From assembly GCF_964355755.1 (NCBI RefSeq), contig NC_092675.1, positions 20,246,912-20,310,911 on the forward strand: DNA of 64,000 nt. The letters are read 5' to 3'. Of this stretch, positions 39,460-57,782 are shown piece after piece. Below the pieces are notes generated by a model. The model worked only from the letters and a program-made list of their open reading frames with translations, was not told the DNA's origin and did not search any database. Source of the DNA: Antedon mediterranea. Taxonomy: Eukaryota > Animalia > Echinodermata. The position numbers were made by a program, and so were the translations under genes. Position 1 is the stretch's first letter, and the number at the start of each line of letters is the position of its first letter.

Positions 39460-41467
39460 TATAAAACACTGATCATTTCTTCGTCGTCTAAGTTTGTAAA
39501 GGGGTTCTGAAGTGGTGTACAGTACATGGGTTCTCAAGTGGTTAACAGGTAGCTGTACCTGATCAACGCAGAATTGCGACACAACGCGACATCATCACTA
39601 GATTGGATTGTCTTAAAGTGTAATTCCGAGCATTTTTTTAAAGGGGGGATTATTTCACGATGCGCGTTGTTCTTTACCGCTGACGAATAATAAAGTGGGG
39701 TTATTTAAAGTTTATATTTTATAAATTTTATCCCTGGAGTTACTTTAATTTTAATGCTTTTGTGAACGTCTTTCATCGTAGCCTTCGCATTTTATATTTT
39801 TACATCAACCCAACCCCTTCCCCCGCAAAACCCACGAATTTCCGATGTAACTAGCTAGTCGCAATAAATATTTGTTATTATTAATGCCGCGAAGTATCCG
39901 GTGTAATGCACTCGTGGTATCTTCTTCTCTCGAGTCGATAGGCCTTAGGGTTAATTTTTAAAACAGCAAAGTCGACAACGAAACTCCGCTGAATACATGA
40001 TATTTAGCAAGTGCCTGGGGAAATTATGATCAATTCTGCAGTGTTTTCTATTATTTTAGTTAATTTATAGAGAAAGACACTTTATCTCACAAAAGCTGAC
40101 TTTTCAACAGTCACGTAAACTTAAAACGGTTAAAGAAAACTCATTTCCGTGGCCAGCAGGGTGTGTCAAACTTGTAGAATAGGCTTAGAATATTATGCTT
40201 AATGATGCGTTTTAATATTTGACTTGTAGGCCTACTGAATATTCGTCGTCTAATAGAAAATAATTCGATTCTCAAACAAAATCCGTACGTGAACACGGAC
40301 CACCACGACACTTAATTTTAGCGGTTGTGGTCTCTAGTCGACACTCTAACATTTTGGCAAGTAGAATTTAAAATACACTGAATCTTTGGTGCGAACAAAA
40401 TAAAGAAACGGCCTCTATATTCTTGTCATCTAACTTGTCTTCATCAGTGATAGTGGTTACCTTGATTCTGCTTACCTATGTTGACGTTACTTGAATATTC
40501 ATCAAGTACAACATTGGTCCTATTGTAATATAATATAATAATATAACATAACAATTTATATAGCGCACTTATCCACTAAAAGTGCTCAAGACGCTATTAC
40601 AATTAAAGTGAATATGCCCAGAAAATGTAGCACGAGAAAACCGACGTCACAGTAGAACCCCACGAGGACTAAAATCTAGGCCAAATTTCAGGGGTAGCAA
40701 GCGTGTCTAAAAATCTGAATGTTCATGCAGTACATTATGTTTTACAATTACGACGAATAAATTCAAAGTTAGACGATGTATTCCTAGTCCGCAAGAAGTC
40801 ATATAACTCGGTTCCTATTTTTGGACGTAAGCGCACCGCCAGTAATTTGACCAATCACGTCGCGATGGATCATCCGAATTGTCGCTTGTGATTGGTCAAT
40901 TCACAATCCCGTTACGCCTATGTCACACCTTGCGTTCAAATAGGAACTAAGCTTGTACGGTACCGTACTTATTTGTGAAGTTTTTTTGGGTGTATTTATT
41001 CCGCATTGCTGTTCGCCTTAAAATGTTGTTCGATCATCTGCGATATGCACAATATCATAATGGCATCAAATTTATGAATGTGATCGAGTGGGTATACTGT
41101 ACCTGTGAGTCTTTTTTTTAAACCATAGACCTACATTTCTTCTTTTTTTCTTCTTCGCCGTTTTAATTTAATTGAAACAGACTAAAGCTATAACTATGAA
41201 ATTAATTAATGATAAAATTATCGAACTAACTGAAAAACAGAATTAATATTCTTGTAGGCCTCCATACTGTTGCATTTGTTGATACACATAAAACGAAGTA
41301 ACGTTTCCAAAAAACATGACATTAACGTATTGCAAATGGAAAAACACACCTATTAAAAGTTTTATTCAAAGTATATTGTCCACTAGGCAAATGTTTTATT
41401 TCGCGAGAACGCAATGCGTATAAATATTTTCATCTATTGTGCTTTTTGACATGAACAAATGACATAC

Positions 41468-41488
41468 CATGGAGTAAATTACTCCATG
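41468..41488. mobile_element. 21-bp palindromic scar with a 7-bp TSD (P-element-like)
   Basis: GACATAC[CATGGAGTAAATTACTCCATG]GACATAC; single GACATAC in A at ~17713. Confidence 0.75.
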
Positions 41489-44400
41489 GACATACCGACC
41501 TAACATCAGAGGTCATAGGATGTTCGATTCGCGGAAATATATCGCTTTGTGAAAAACGAACCCACGACATTCGTGTGTTAACACGACGCTCAGACGGCTG
41601 AGCTAACTGATCATTTTGGTTTTAGCAAGGTTAATAGGATATTTATGACGTAATGATCAATTACGTAATACACGTATAAATAGACTATTATCAGCTTTTC
41701 AGTCATGTACTTGGTGGCGTAACGGGTAAGACTCAGTTTTGAGTGCTATCGGCTGGGGTTCGAACCTCGTCGGATATTTTTTTTTATGAATAGGCCTATT
41801 GGTTTTTTTTAAAAGAGAGATATGTGACACTGTATTGTCAAATATGGATGGCACCATACCGGTAGGTATTCAAATATGCTTAATCGATGTAAAAATACTT
41901 TTAAAATAATAATTCATCAATTCTCATCTTTTTCTTATCTCGTAAAAACTTTTATTACAATTCCTTGGAAGTCATTCTAAGAAATAATACATCATCTGAA
42001 ACCTGTAATAATTGTATAATATAAAATATTACACATTTTCTGTATGTAGTTTTAAGTGTATACGTACACACATTCTCATGTGTATGACATTGCGTAAACA
42101 TTGTGATGACAGCCTGGTTATGAAGACGTGTCACATGACAATCACAGTAAAATATTCACAAACCAATCCGATCGGCCTACACATTCAATGTCATTTCATT
42201 TCATTTCATTTATTTATTTCACTTTACAACTATATAAATATACAGTGGAGGAGCCTAAAAGAAAGCAAAGCTTGTGGTGAATAGGCTCCTCAAAACAAAA
42301 CAAAATAAAATAGAAATAATATATAACACAATTAGAAACTCCAAAAAACAACAATTTAACTAATATCTTTTCTCTAACCCATAAGTTTAAAACTACAAAA
42401 CAAGTAAAAAATAGATTATATAAATTATTTTAAAAATATCCAAATATGTCATTAATAAAAGAATTTACAAAGAACCTTCAACCAATAATAGTTTAAATTG
42501 ACGTTAAATAAAGCACCGTCCGTACGTATACACTTGTTGATGTGTATAAACGCACACCGTCACTGCGTACGTATACACCTATGAATGACAGCCTCGTTAT
42601 GAAGACGTGTCACATGACAAACGTCTTCAAATATTCACAAACATTCCACCAATCAACTTAGTGACTTATTTATATTTTATATCACTGTGCTCCACTGTTG
42701 CTAAATTTGGTCCACTGAACCAGTTTACCGTAGTACTATTTCGGAAGTAAATAAAGGCATAAATGGCGCTCCGTAGAAGTAGAGAATGTTCGATCGTCGA
42801 AATGACACTCTGAATATACCTCCACATTTTGGGGATTTGGCGTTACTGTATTTTTCCCAATCTGAGACAGGCTACAGTACAGCATAATTTAAATTATCAA
42901 CGCTGACCAAAGAAGGAAGGATATTGACATTATCAATGAACAATGTTATTGTTATATCATATTTGTTTCTCAATCTTTAAATAAAATTACCAGGATTGGT
43001 GACATTTATAGAAACTTGCGTCGTCAACTCAGAGATAGTCATTCATTTTCCGTCCGGGTACGACGGTAAGTAAGGCCACAGTTACTTGTGGCATCATGAT
43101 GGAGTAATCTTCACTCCATGCTTGTGGTGGTATACTCGCTGCCTCCTGCTAACAGGCGATGTGAAAATTGTACTCGCGTCCAATAACGACAATGGCCTTT
43201 ATTTATTCGCGCGTTATTTATTACCGTTCTGCATTTTATGGCATTATCAATCAATCAACTTATCAATCAATATTGAAACACTAGTTATAGTTTATTAATT
43301 TACAAAATTGAAAAGCAAAAGTGAACTTTTCTTTATCTTTAGGGGATAATCCCCTGAATAATTATGCATATAAGAGCCCATGTTTGCGAGGAAAAAAAAG
43401 TATAAAATACACCACTAAACAATGTGTCCACATATACTTCGATATTAAAAATCATATAATCAATCAAGCCATCAAAATATAACCAAGCCTCACCAGTAAA
43501 AATTGAAAATTATACAAAATGGGATATTATGGATGGTATAGGCCTATATATGAAAATATTGTTGAAAAGTGATATTGTACTTTGAATCTTGGTGCCAACC
43601 TAATTATATAGCTTTAACATTAATAAACTTTAAAAAAGAAATCACAGATATATAGGAAATAATGTTTCTTTGAAGGAATAAAATGTATAGGCCTATACTT
43701 GATGTCGAAATTTCCAGACGGGTATATCGCTTTAAGCGATGCATGCGCATCAACCAAAGACGAGGTTGAAACATCGGATTCTCTTATGTAAAGAAATGTC
43801 TTATCACTGTTCATTCAAAACAGAGATACTCCAACACATTTATTTATTTTATTTTGTTCTTTCTTTAAACTGAAATACACTTTCAATACAAATTTACTGA
43901 TTTCCAAAGTGGTTCAGTAAACATACAGTATTTTACAACAAAAATAAAATATAAAAGAAAAACAAAAAGAAAGAAAACTGATATAAAACTATTTACAATT
44001 GTGAAGGCAAAAGGTTAATACATATGTTTTCATAGTGAAGATTTAAAAGTTGCCAAAGACATATTATGGAGTTCTGATTTTATGTTATTTGGTAGAGAAT
44101 TCCATAGTTTAGTTGATCTATAAACAAAAGTTCTTTTAGCCTGAGAGTTATTCCATAAAGTCATTATTACACATATACCCAAGCACATTATCTATGTATT
44201 TTCCACTCTGTCTGATCTAATTAATACCCCTTTTTTTACACTGCCAAGCTATGTGAAAGTGTTCTCTTCTTTTTATTGTATAGGTTTGCAGGTTTAATTT
44301 TTGTTTTAGTCATAGTCAATTAGTGTAGTGTAGTACAGTGTATGAGGTTCTACAGCTAATTAAATATGCAAGGTCTTGTACTCACACCTCCTAAATATTG

Positions 44401-44503
44401 GGCATAGGTATGTAAACAAAGACAGATATCATGTATCAAGTTATCTTAATCTCTAGAATTCACTTCTATTAGAACATCAGTGCTGTGAACATCATAGTCT
44501 TTT

Positions 44504-47500
44504 TAGTCCAGTCAAAATAGTACCTTCACCCACCACTAATTGCAAAAGAATTTTTTTTACTACAATACATTTTAGTATGGTCCCCTAAACACTATACTAA
44601 AAGTCCCCCAAAATCCCAACATGGGAAATTTGTCTAATTTGCATAATATGCAAATTAGCCTTTTTTCATGATGAATTAATCTATTTTCTTTATAAATGTG
44701 CATAAAATGCTGCAATTCAATCAAATTAAGCAGTAAAACTCACATTTTCATGGTCAATAGAAAGATTAAACACGCGTTAGGAATAAATTAGAATAAATTT
44801 GCATATTATTCAAAATTAACATTCCAAATGTCGTATTTTTGTTTTAATAGTGAATTTTCGAAATGAAAATATGCATATTAATAACATTAATAGGATTATG
44901 TATAATTTGTAATTAGCTCCTTCATACAGTAATCACGCAACGAGGATCTTAAATTTGGATTCAATAAAACAATGTCTAAAGAACCACCTTGATTTTAAAA
45001 TTTAAATCAAATTTGCATATAATTTAGGCAAATTCGGATCATCTAAACTGTAATATTGTTCTTGATTTTACCTGTTTAAAAATAATCGGGAATAAATAAA
45101 GCACTTTATGATTCTGGAATTTCAAATGTTGTAAAGCATATCAATCATTATCACTGAGATCATCTATATCTACTGAAGAAGAGTTTGTGCAACTGAAACC
45201 TTTGCACACCCCACATATCCATGTACAACTAATTGAATATAGTTTACAAGTGCATCTGCTAGTACTGCAACCAGTTTTGCAGTTACATCTGATTTATCTT
45301 GATCAACTTTTCAGGTGCAGCCTGGAGATGTGTGTGGCAGCAGTTGTCCATTAGTTACCTTCCATCTCAATTCTTCTGCTTTCATTTGTGCAGCAGTTTC
45401 TTTCCATGTTTATATCTGAAAATATACTGGCAGACTATGGTATTGTGTAGCTGCAGATTACAAAGGCAATGTCTGTGGTTCAACACATGTGCTACTCTTT
45501 ACCACCTTCTCACAGAATCGCTTGTACCGTAGAACGTATATACTTTCACCATACTTGCCCTTATAGAGATGAATCAGAGAGTCTTCTCCTGCTGCAATTA
45601 TATCTTTCTTTGTCGCACCCTCTTTAGTAACCAGGTCAGAAAATTGCTGGAAATCAACACTGTTCTGGACTTGCTTCAGTGCTACATTTCCGATCTATAC
45701 CAAATACTCTCGACGTTGTGTCGCATCCAAGTAAAGCATGCACAAAGAAAAGTCTGGAACATAATTTATTCCCCAAGATCATCACTGTTTTCTGTATGTT
45801 CCATACCTTGTGCTTTTTGGTGTTGGTCTTTATTTCTGGTATAAAAGAGGTCCTTCTCAATTGTATCTCCATAATAGCAAAGCAGGATTAGCAAATCAGA
45901 TCGTCACCAACTCCCTTGCCGACTCAACTGCTGTCTTGACAATTAGGATATCTGCATCTCCTTTGGCATGAATTGTTGTATAACCTGCCTTTTCAAGATG
46001 TAAACTCAGCAAATGAAGAAATCGTTGCTTGTTTACTTTGTTGGTCAGAAATTCATTTTTCTTCTTAATTAGCAAAGTCTCTCCTGTAAACAAAAAATTT
46101 GGTCCCTTGGAACTGCCTGTACGTCTGCAGTGTGTAGCATCTTTGATTGCAGGTCCATCTTCATAACCATCAAATACAATAGTTGGAATTCCATACCGAC
46201 TTGTCACATATGATACATATTTATGACAACATTATCGAATAATGCAGTTGGATGACTGCAAAATTCATATTTAAATAAATTTGCGGGATCTCCCACCTCT
46301 TCACGTGTTGCGATAACACTTAATCGCTGAAAGAGTAATTGTGGATCAACTTGGACTGGATCTCCGCAAATGACAACAGCTGTTTTGGATCCAAGTGTGA
46401 CTGCTTGTTTTTTTTCTTTGGAAAGAGAACTCATCAATGTTCTTTCCAACCATCGATTCAAGTATACGCTGGCCCACATACCTTGCCTGGTCAACATTTA
46501 CATTGTCAGTAGCAGCAACACCACTTACTATGCTACGCAGTGATGACTCACTACCAAATGGATCCCACTCCTTGAATGCTTCGATTAGTTTTAAGTATCT
46601 TCTGTGTCTCTTTTTTGACGAGATTGTGATGTGTCTTTGTGTTGCTCCCTAGTGTTGTAGTTAACACTGGTGAGCTCTTGCATTGCAAAGTTTACCTCGG
46701 CACAAGAAGGCATTCCCAGTACCCAGGTCAACCGATGAACTTCTGTCATGCCTCTACCTCTCGTTAACCCACCACGTCCACTTGTTTTGACACTTCTCAT
46801 TAGGACTTGCTCAATAATAAGATCGGTAGATAGTCCTGCCCAGTACCGATCACTTCTTCTAATCACATGATCATAAATCATATGAAGTTGGTGTAGACAT
46901 TGGGGTGAGTCTTTTCGAGTTGGTACATTTTTTGCAAGTACAGATACGCAGATTTTGTGTACAGGTTATGCCCAGCCGCAGCAGAAAAAGGTAACATATC
47001 CTTTACTGCTGAAAGATGTAAAGTCCAATTCCCACGTTCAGCTTTTATGAATTTTTTAAAAACAGCAACCATGTCCAAATATTGCAACCAGAGTTGGGCA
47101 GTCCTTTTATCACTAAGTAAGTTCCGCTCGTCTTTCAATCTATGAGTAATTCTTGTAAGGACATCTGAAGAGGAAAGGTCAATATGAGCGTCGGGATCAT
47201 TTATTAGATTATCCAAAATCTTACTGGCTTCGAGCAAATCTTGATCTGGCCGTGTGTTTGGAATAATGTCAGCATCAACTTCTATTTCCATTTCTTCTAA
47301 ATGTTCTGTTGTTTGATCGTTCTCACAGGTTGTTTCCGTGTCTTGATTGTGTTGTAGTTGATCAGGTTGAAAAGGGGATATAGGAAGCATTAGCTAGTAA
47401 TATGGTATGTAAGGCAGCATCAACCAAGAGATGTCCTCGGACTGCTCTGGAGATTGCTTTTCCACTCAGCATATGCTTGACGGCATTTCCTGCATATGCT

Positions 47501-48928
47501 ACTTCAAGGATCACCTGTAGACCACTTCCTGCCATAATATAACCAATGCAGCCCAAGAAGCTCATTTCCATATGTAAGCCCTCTAGTCTCAGGACAATAG
47601 ACTTCAGATAACTGCAATCTGGCTCTGATTCGATGATCATCATGGCTTTCCACCAAAGTGGTTGATCAAATGTAATAACGAGTGTGACATTGTATGCCTT
47701 AGCTTGTTCACAAACATACGAGAGTGTGGAGAAGATACATGACATGTCAGATGGATTTAAATCTATCATGAGCAGGAATTTCCAGGATAATTACCATGAT
47801 TTACGGCCTGCATTAGACCTGACCACCCAGGCATTTTGGGGCGAAGAGCAAATACCACGTCCCACAGAAGATCAACATGATACGTTGAATCATACACTTC
47901 CATTGATTGAAGTCCTGTGTGCTGGGATTTGAAAGTTTTGATGTTAATCCTGCCTACTTTGATGATGTTGTAACTGACATTCTAGGTACAGGTTTATGTA
48001 GACATTTTTCTGGTGTAAAAGTGGCAATGAGTCCCATCATTCTATGAAATGTTCCAAAATGATTTATATAACTGATTCCTAACAATCTGGATGCAGTGTA
48101 TGGTAAAACCTGAAATTCATGATGTACAATATTCACACATAGATGTGATGACTTTTTTATATGGTTCATGTATTCAGGAAAACCCCACTTGTTTGTTGTG
48201 TATTTGTGTATCCAGTCTATTGGTAATTTGCATATTTTGTAAATATTCATAAACTGTAATTTGATTAAGGGTATGACTGTCTTGTTTATATATTATGAAT
48301 ACTTTTGCTGACTTTCTGATATATGACTTCTAGTTCATTTATATTTTCTGCCAAAACCTTACCGGTACTTGCTTATTTAGTTAGGTGCTTCCAGTCTAAT
48401 GTTTATACCCAGAATAAAGGTACTTCTATTTATGAGCTAATTTGCATATTATGTAAATTATAAGCATTATACTGAAATGAAATAAAAGTATGGCTATCAT
48501 GGTAATTGGTCATTAATACTTCTGAAGATTTAATTGTTTAAATCAGACCATCCAAACTAAAGTTTTAGCATAATTCTGATCTGTTTTACACAATTTCAAT
48601 AACTAATTTGCATATTATGCAAATTAGAATCAAATAATTAATTTAAAAGTATGTTTATCTTGTTCACTGACCATGACAACATACCTTTGAACACTTAATT
48701 TGTTTCAATTGGACAGTCCAATCCAAAGTTATGGCAATATTTTGATTTTTTTCTAATGGCGGAAGCTAATTTGCATATTATGCAAATTAGCAAATTTCCC
48801 ATGCTTAGATTTTTGGGGACTTTTAGTATGTTGATTAGGGAGCCATGCTGAAATGCACTGCAGTGAAATAAATTCTTTTGCAATTAGTGGTGGGTGACCC
48901 CCTTTTATTTGCTAGATTGACTGGACTA
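44504..48928 (-). mobile_element. Academ (AcademX-type) DNA transposon, degenerate (unit C only)
   Basis: TAGTCCAGTCAA...TTGACTGGACTA termini; ~160-bp imperfect TIRs; 3-bp TSD TTT; empty site AGTCTTTTCTGCAG in A and B. Confidence 0.9.
45170..47950 (-). pseudogene. Frameshifted Academ transposase with an XPG/PIN-like nuclease region and a Cys-rich C-terminus
   Basis: Colinear fragments TFDQPLWWKA, GLHMEMSFLGCIG..GSGL, AAAGHNLY, DLIIEQVLMRSVK, IVFDGY, KGDADILIV, HALLGCDTTS and CNCKTGCSTSRCTC..CTWICGVC..SCTN. Confidence 0.85.
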
Positions 48929-49140
48929 TTTCTGCAGAGTTTATTTAAAATTAACATTACCAAAACTCAATTTTGTAATTTGTTAACTGTAAGTAAAATC
49001 AATATTACAATTTTCTTGTTGATTTAACTATGTAGGTTTATGTAATGAATTAGTTTATATTATTAACATACAGAACAGCATGTACAGTGTCACAATGTAA
49101 TGGTGTGGCCAATCAGATTATAAGGGACATAAATTATTTT

Positions 49141-49178
49141 GGACTAGTAGGTTAGGACTAGTAGGTTAGGACTAGTAG
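49141..49178. repeat. 14-bp VNTR, 2 copies plus a partial
   Basis: Equivalent site to the A and B arrays. Confidence 0.9.
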
Positions 49179-49513
49179 TTGAACCTGAATGAATGGCATA
49201 CTGTTACAGTGTTTTGTATAATTATTTTAGTAGGGAGTACCTGTACCTCATTAACAGTCGATGTATAAGGGTTGCAGTGTTGCGTATGTCTTTATACTTT
49301 CCGTTAATAATAATTAAACAATTATTTAATCAAACTTCGTAATCTAGTAATTTAATAAAGCTCAATATAAAGTAACAAATGTCAAGAATAAGTAAACGAC
49401 AGAAAATAAATATTCCTTTGCTTTATAATTAATCAGTTGCTTCTGAGTTATTATTTAGTATAAACTATATTCCTTTCACTAGTTCCTATGTGGACATATT
49501 GTGTTGGCATTAA

Positions 49514-49937
49514 AGACCCATTCCCTACAATTTGTGATGTCTTGTAAAAATAATGCATATATATTACTTCATTTTTTTTTTTTTTTAAACTGGTGGTCAC
49601 GATCACTTAAAGTTGTCCGCAACTTATTTTGACCTCCATCCGCACATTTTTGATGTTTTTCTTGTTTATTGTAATTTTCTTTTTGCAATTTGTAATTTGT
49701 AATTTTTATCTTTTATTTTAAAATGTGTGGAGAAACTAATAAAACAAACAAACAAACAAAACTTTTACTTAAACCCGGTCATTCCTTGTCTTAAATGTAC
49801 GTTTTATTTTATGGTAATTTTAACCATTCAAAGATGAAATTTGTTATCGCAATAGGACCATAGAGTTATTTTTACATTAAATGTAGTTTTTGACCTTAAA
49901 TTGGATTTAAAAAACGTACTACTGTAGGAATGGGACA
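49514..49937. mobile_element. Older Kolobok-like MITE (right part retained in B to 30489; absent in A)
   Basis: TTAA on both sides; AGACCCATTCCCTAC.../...GTAGGAATGGGAC; its right ~100 bp is the reverse complement of ~1520-1610. Confidence 0.7.
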
Positions 49938-50866
49938 TTAAACCAAACTTGTGTCATGTCCAGATAAATTTCCATTTCACACCTGATTCAGAACCCGGAA
50001 AGTGTCAGACACTGGTTGCGTGTATTTACACTGCAAAATACTAACCCGTGTAAATGTTCTAGATTAATTGAAATATCGCCCTCTCACGCATGAAGAGAGA
50101 CCCTGTAACGGTCTGCTCATTATCACCTTACTTTTTTTATGGCAATACAAACAAATTGTGTTTACTCGTGAAAAATAATATTTCTGAAAAAAAATAACGA
50201 ACAAATAACTATACATTTAATTATTTAATATGTGAAAAAAGAAAAAAAATCTGTCTTAATTGTATGTAAATTAAATACTATAGTGAGCAAGGATAGCAAC
50301 CAACCTGAAAAAATATGCAGGACTGTTTACACCGCGAATACGCAAGTACATAAGTTCGTTCCAGGTTGACTTGATGCGGAATACATTGCACATCACTTAA
50401 GGGCCTTTCACACCTGTTCCGGCATGGTTCTGGTTCGGCGAATCGAACGGCAATGTTTCGTTTTCACTATGCTCCACATGGCTATGAAACATTGGCTTTG
50501 CCAGCGCCAGACTGGAACCGTGCAGACGGGCCCTTTACCCGTGTGGTTCAGCGACCGGGTTGACTTTTTACCTTGTTTAAACCGGCCTGAATTTCTGCGT
50601 CCCAGGTACAATTTGGGTTACTTAATTCTGGATCAACTTGATTTGAGTTGTTATTTGTCCTAGACTCCTACTGTAAATTCAAACTATACTTTCAAATGAT
50701 GTTTTTATTTACAATATAATTTTGTACACAATTTTAATTTCAGTGATTTTTTTTTATGAATGGTAGGTAATTTCTTTTTTTCAGTGACTTCTTGAGAGTG
50801 TACCAATACCCAGCGGTGGACAGCCGGGGCAAGTCAGGCTTACAGTACTTATGCCATCTATGAATA

Positions 50867-53794
50867 ATGAATTTATACAAATGTGAACATTGTGGAGATA
50901 AACTTCAAACACACCAAGAGTTTAAATTTCTTCGATGTCAAGTGAACGTTGTCAGACTTTGTCTAGATTTAAATAGTGGATGGAGCAGACATTTGGGAGA
51001 GTACACAGAAGAGACGCCATATGAATGTGTACATTGTGGAAAGAAATTCAACCAGAATGACAATCTGAAAAAACATATGAGAATACACACAGGAGAGAAA
51101 CCATATGAATGTGAACATTGTGGGAAGAAATTCAACCAGAATGACAATCTGAAAAAACATATGAGAATACACAAAGAAGAGACACCATATGAATGTGAAC
51201 ATTGTGGGAAGAAATTCAACCGGAATGACGATCTGAAAAAACATACGAGAATACACACAGGAGAGAAACCATATGAATGTGAACATTGTGGGAAGAAGTT
51301 TAACCAGAGTGACGATCTGAAAAGACATTTGAAAATACACACCAGAGAGACAACATATGAATGTGAACCTTGTGGGAAGAAATTCAACCGGAATGACAGT
51401 TTGAAAAAACATATGAGAATACACACAGGAGAGAAACCATATGAATGTGAACATTGTGGGAAGAAATTTAACCGGAATGACAGTTTGAAAAAACATATGA
51501 GAATACACACAGGAGAGAAACCATATGAATGTGAACATTGTGGGAAGAAATTCAACCAGAATGACGATCTGAAAAAACATATGAGAATACACACAGGAGA
51601 GAAACCATATGAATGTGAACATTGTGGGAAGAAATTTAACCGGAATGACAGTTTGAAAAAACATATGAGAATACACACAGGAGAGAAACCATATGAATGT
51701 GAACATTGTGGGAAGAAATTCAACCAGAATGACGATCTGAAAAAACATATGAGAATACACACAGGAGAGAAACCATATGAATGTGAACCTTGTGGGAAGA
51801 AATTTAACCGGAATGACAGTTTGAAAAAACATATGAGAATACACACAGGAGAGAAACCATATGAATGTGAACATTGTGGGAAGAAATTCAACCAGAATGA
51901 CGATCTGAAAAAACATATGAGAATACACACAGGAGAGAAACCATATGAATGTGAACATTGTGGGAAGAAATTCAACCAGAATGACGATCTGAAAAAACAT
52001 ACGAGAATACACACAGGAGAGAAACCATATGAATGTGAACATTGTGGGAAGAAATTCAACCACATTGGGAATTTGAAAATTCATTTGAGAATACACACAG
52101 GAGAGAAACCATATGAATGTGAACATTGTGGGAAGAAATTCAACCAGATTGGGCATTTGAAAATTCATTTGAGAATACACACAGGAGAGAAACCATATGA
52201 ATGTGAACATTGTGGGAAGAAATTCAACCACATTGGGAATTTGAAAATTCATTTGAGAATACACACAGGAGAGAAACCATATGAATGTGAACATTGTGGG
52301 AAGAAATTCAACAGTATTGGAAGTTTAAAAATTCATTTCAGAATACACACAGGAGAGACACCATATGAATGTGAACATTGTGGGAAGAAATTCAACCATA
52401 TTGGGAGTTTGAAAAGACATATGAGAATACACACAGGAGAGAAACCATATGAATGTGAACATTGTGGGAAGAAATTCAACCAGATTGGGCATTTGAAAAT
52501 TCATTTGAGAATACACACAGGAGAGAAACCATATGAATGTGAACATTGTGGGAAGAAATTCAACCACATTGGGAATTTGAAAATTCATTTGAGAATACAC
52601 ACAGGAGAGAAACCATATGAATGTGAACATTGTGGGAAGAAATTCAACCAGATTGGGCATTTGAAAATTCATTTGAGAATACACACAGGAGAGAAACCAT
52701 ATGAATGTGAACATTGTGGGAAGAAATTCAACCGGAATGACGATCTGAAAATACATACGAGAATACACACAGGAGAGAAACCATATGAATGTGAACATTG
52801 TGGGAAGAAATTCAACCACATTGGGAATTTGAAAATTCATTTGAGAATACACACAGGAGAGAAACCATATGAATGTGAACATTGTGGGAAGAAATTCAAC
52901 CAGATTGGGCATTTGAAAATTCATTTGAGAATGCACACAGGAGAGAAACCATATGAATGTGAACATTGTGGAAAGAAATTCAACCGGAATGACGATCTGA
53001 AAAAACATACGAGAATACACACAGGAGAGAAACCATATGAATGTGAACATTGTGGGAAGAAATTCAACCACATTGGGAATTTGAAAATTCATTTGAGAAT
53101 ACACACAGGAGAGAAATCATATGAATGTGAACATTGTGGGAAGAAATTCAACCAGATTGGGCATTTGAAAATTCATTTGAGAATACACACAGGAGAGAAA
53201 CCATATGAATGTGAACATTGTGGGAAGAAATTCAACCGGAATGACGATCTGAAAAAACATACGAGAATACACACAGGAGAGAAACCATATGAATGTGAAC
53301 ATTGTGGGAAGAAATTCAACCAGATTGGGCATTTGAAAATTCATTTGAGAATACACACAGGAGAGAAACCATATGAATGTGAACATTGTGGGAAGAAATT
53401 CAACCGGAATGACGATTTGAAAAAACATACGAGAAAACACACAGGAGAGAAACCATATGAATGTGAACATTGTGGGAAGAAATTCAACCACATTGGGAAT
53501 TTGAAAATTCATTTGAGAATACACACAGGAGAGAAACCATATGAATGTGAACAATGTGGGAAGAAATTCAACCGGAATTGGCATTTGAAAAGACATATCA
53601 GAATACACACAGGAGAGAAACCATATGAATGTGAACATTGTGGGAAGAAATTCAACCGTATTGGGAATTTAAAAATTCATTTGAGAATACACACAGGAGA
53701 GAAACTATATGAATGTGAACATTGTGGGAAGAAATTCAACCAGAATGACGATCTGAAAAAACATGAGAATACACACAGGAGAGAAACCATATGA
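50867..53794 (+). CDS. Tandem C2H2 zinc-finger protein, paralog C (975 aa, ~33 fingers)
   Basis: Same leader; mostly TGEKP linkers; ends after a 2-bp deletion at ~53764. Confidence 0.85.
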   Translation: MNLYKCEHCGDKLQTHQEFKFLRCQVNVVRLCLDLNSGWSRHLGEYTEETPYECVHCGKKFNQNDNLKKHMRIHTGEKPYECEHCGKKFNQNDNLKKHMRIHKEETPYECEHCGKKFNRNDDLKKHTRIHTGEKPYECEHCGKKFNQSDDLKRHLKIHTRETTYECEPCGKKFNRNDSLKKHMRIHTGEKPYECEHCGKKFNRNDSLKKHMRIHTGEKPYECEHCGKKFNQNDDLKKHMRIHTGEKPYECEHCGKKFNRNDSLKKHMRIHTGEKPYECEHCGKKFNQNDDLKKHMRIHTGEKPYECEPCGKKFNRNDSLKKHMRIHTGEKPYECEHCGKKFNQNDDLKKHMRIHTGEKPYECEHCGKKFNQNDDLKKHTRIHTGEKPYECEHCGKKFNHIGNLKIHLRIHTGEKPYECEHCGKKFNQIGHLKIHLRIHTGEKPYECEHCGKKFNHIGNLKIHLRIHTGEKPYECEHCGKKFNSIGSLKIHFRIHTGETPYECEHCGKKFNHIGSLKRHMRIHTGEKPYECEHCGKKFNQIGHLKIHLRIHTGEKPYECEHCGKKFNHIGNLKIHLRIHTGEKPYECEHCGKKFNQIGHLKIHLRIHTGEKPYECEHCGKKFNRNDDLKIHTRIHTGEKPYECEHCGKKFNHIGNLKIHLRIHTGEKPYECEHCGKKFNQIGHLKIHLRMHTGEKPYECEHCGKKFNRNDDLKKHTRIHTGEKPYECEHCGKKFNHIGNLKIHLRIHTGEKSYECEHCGKKFNQIGHLKIHLRIHTGEKPYECEHCGKKFNRNDDLKKHTRIHTGEKPYECEHCGKKFNQIGHLKIHLRIHTGEKPYECEHCGKKFNRNDDLKKHTRKHTGEKPYECEHCGKKFNHIGNLKIHLRIHTGEKPYECEQCGKKFNRNWHLKRHIRIHTGEKPYECEHCGKKFNRIGNLKIHLRIHTGEKLYECEHCGKKFNQNDDLKKHENTHRRETI

Positions 53795-57782
<3,988 letters not shown>

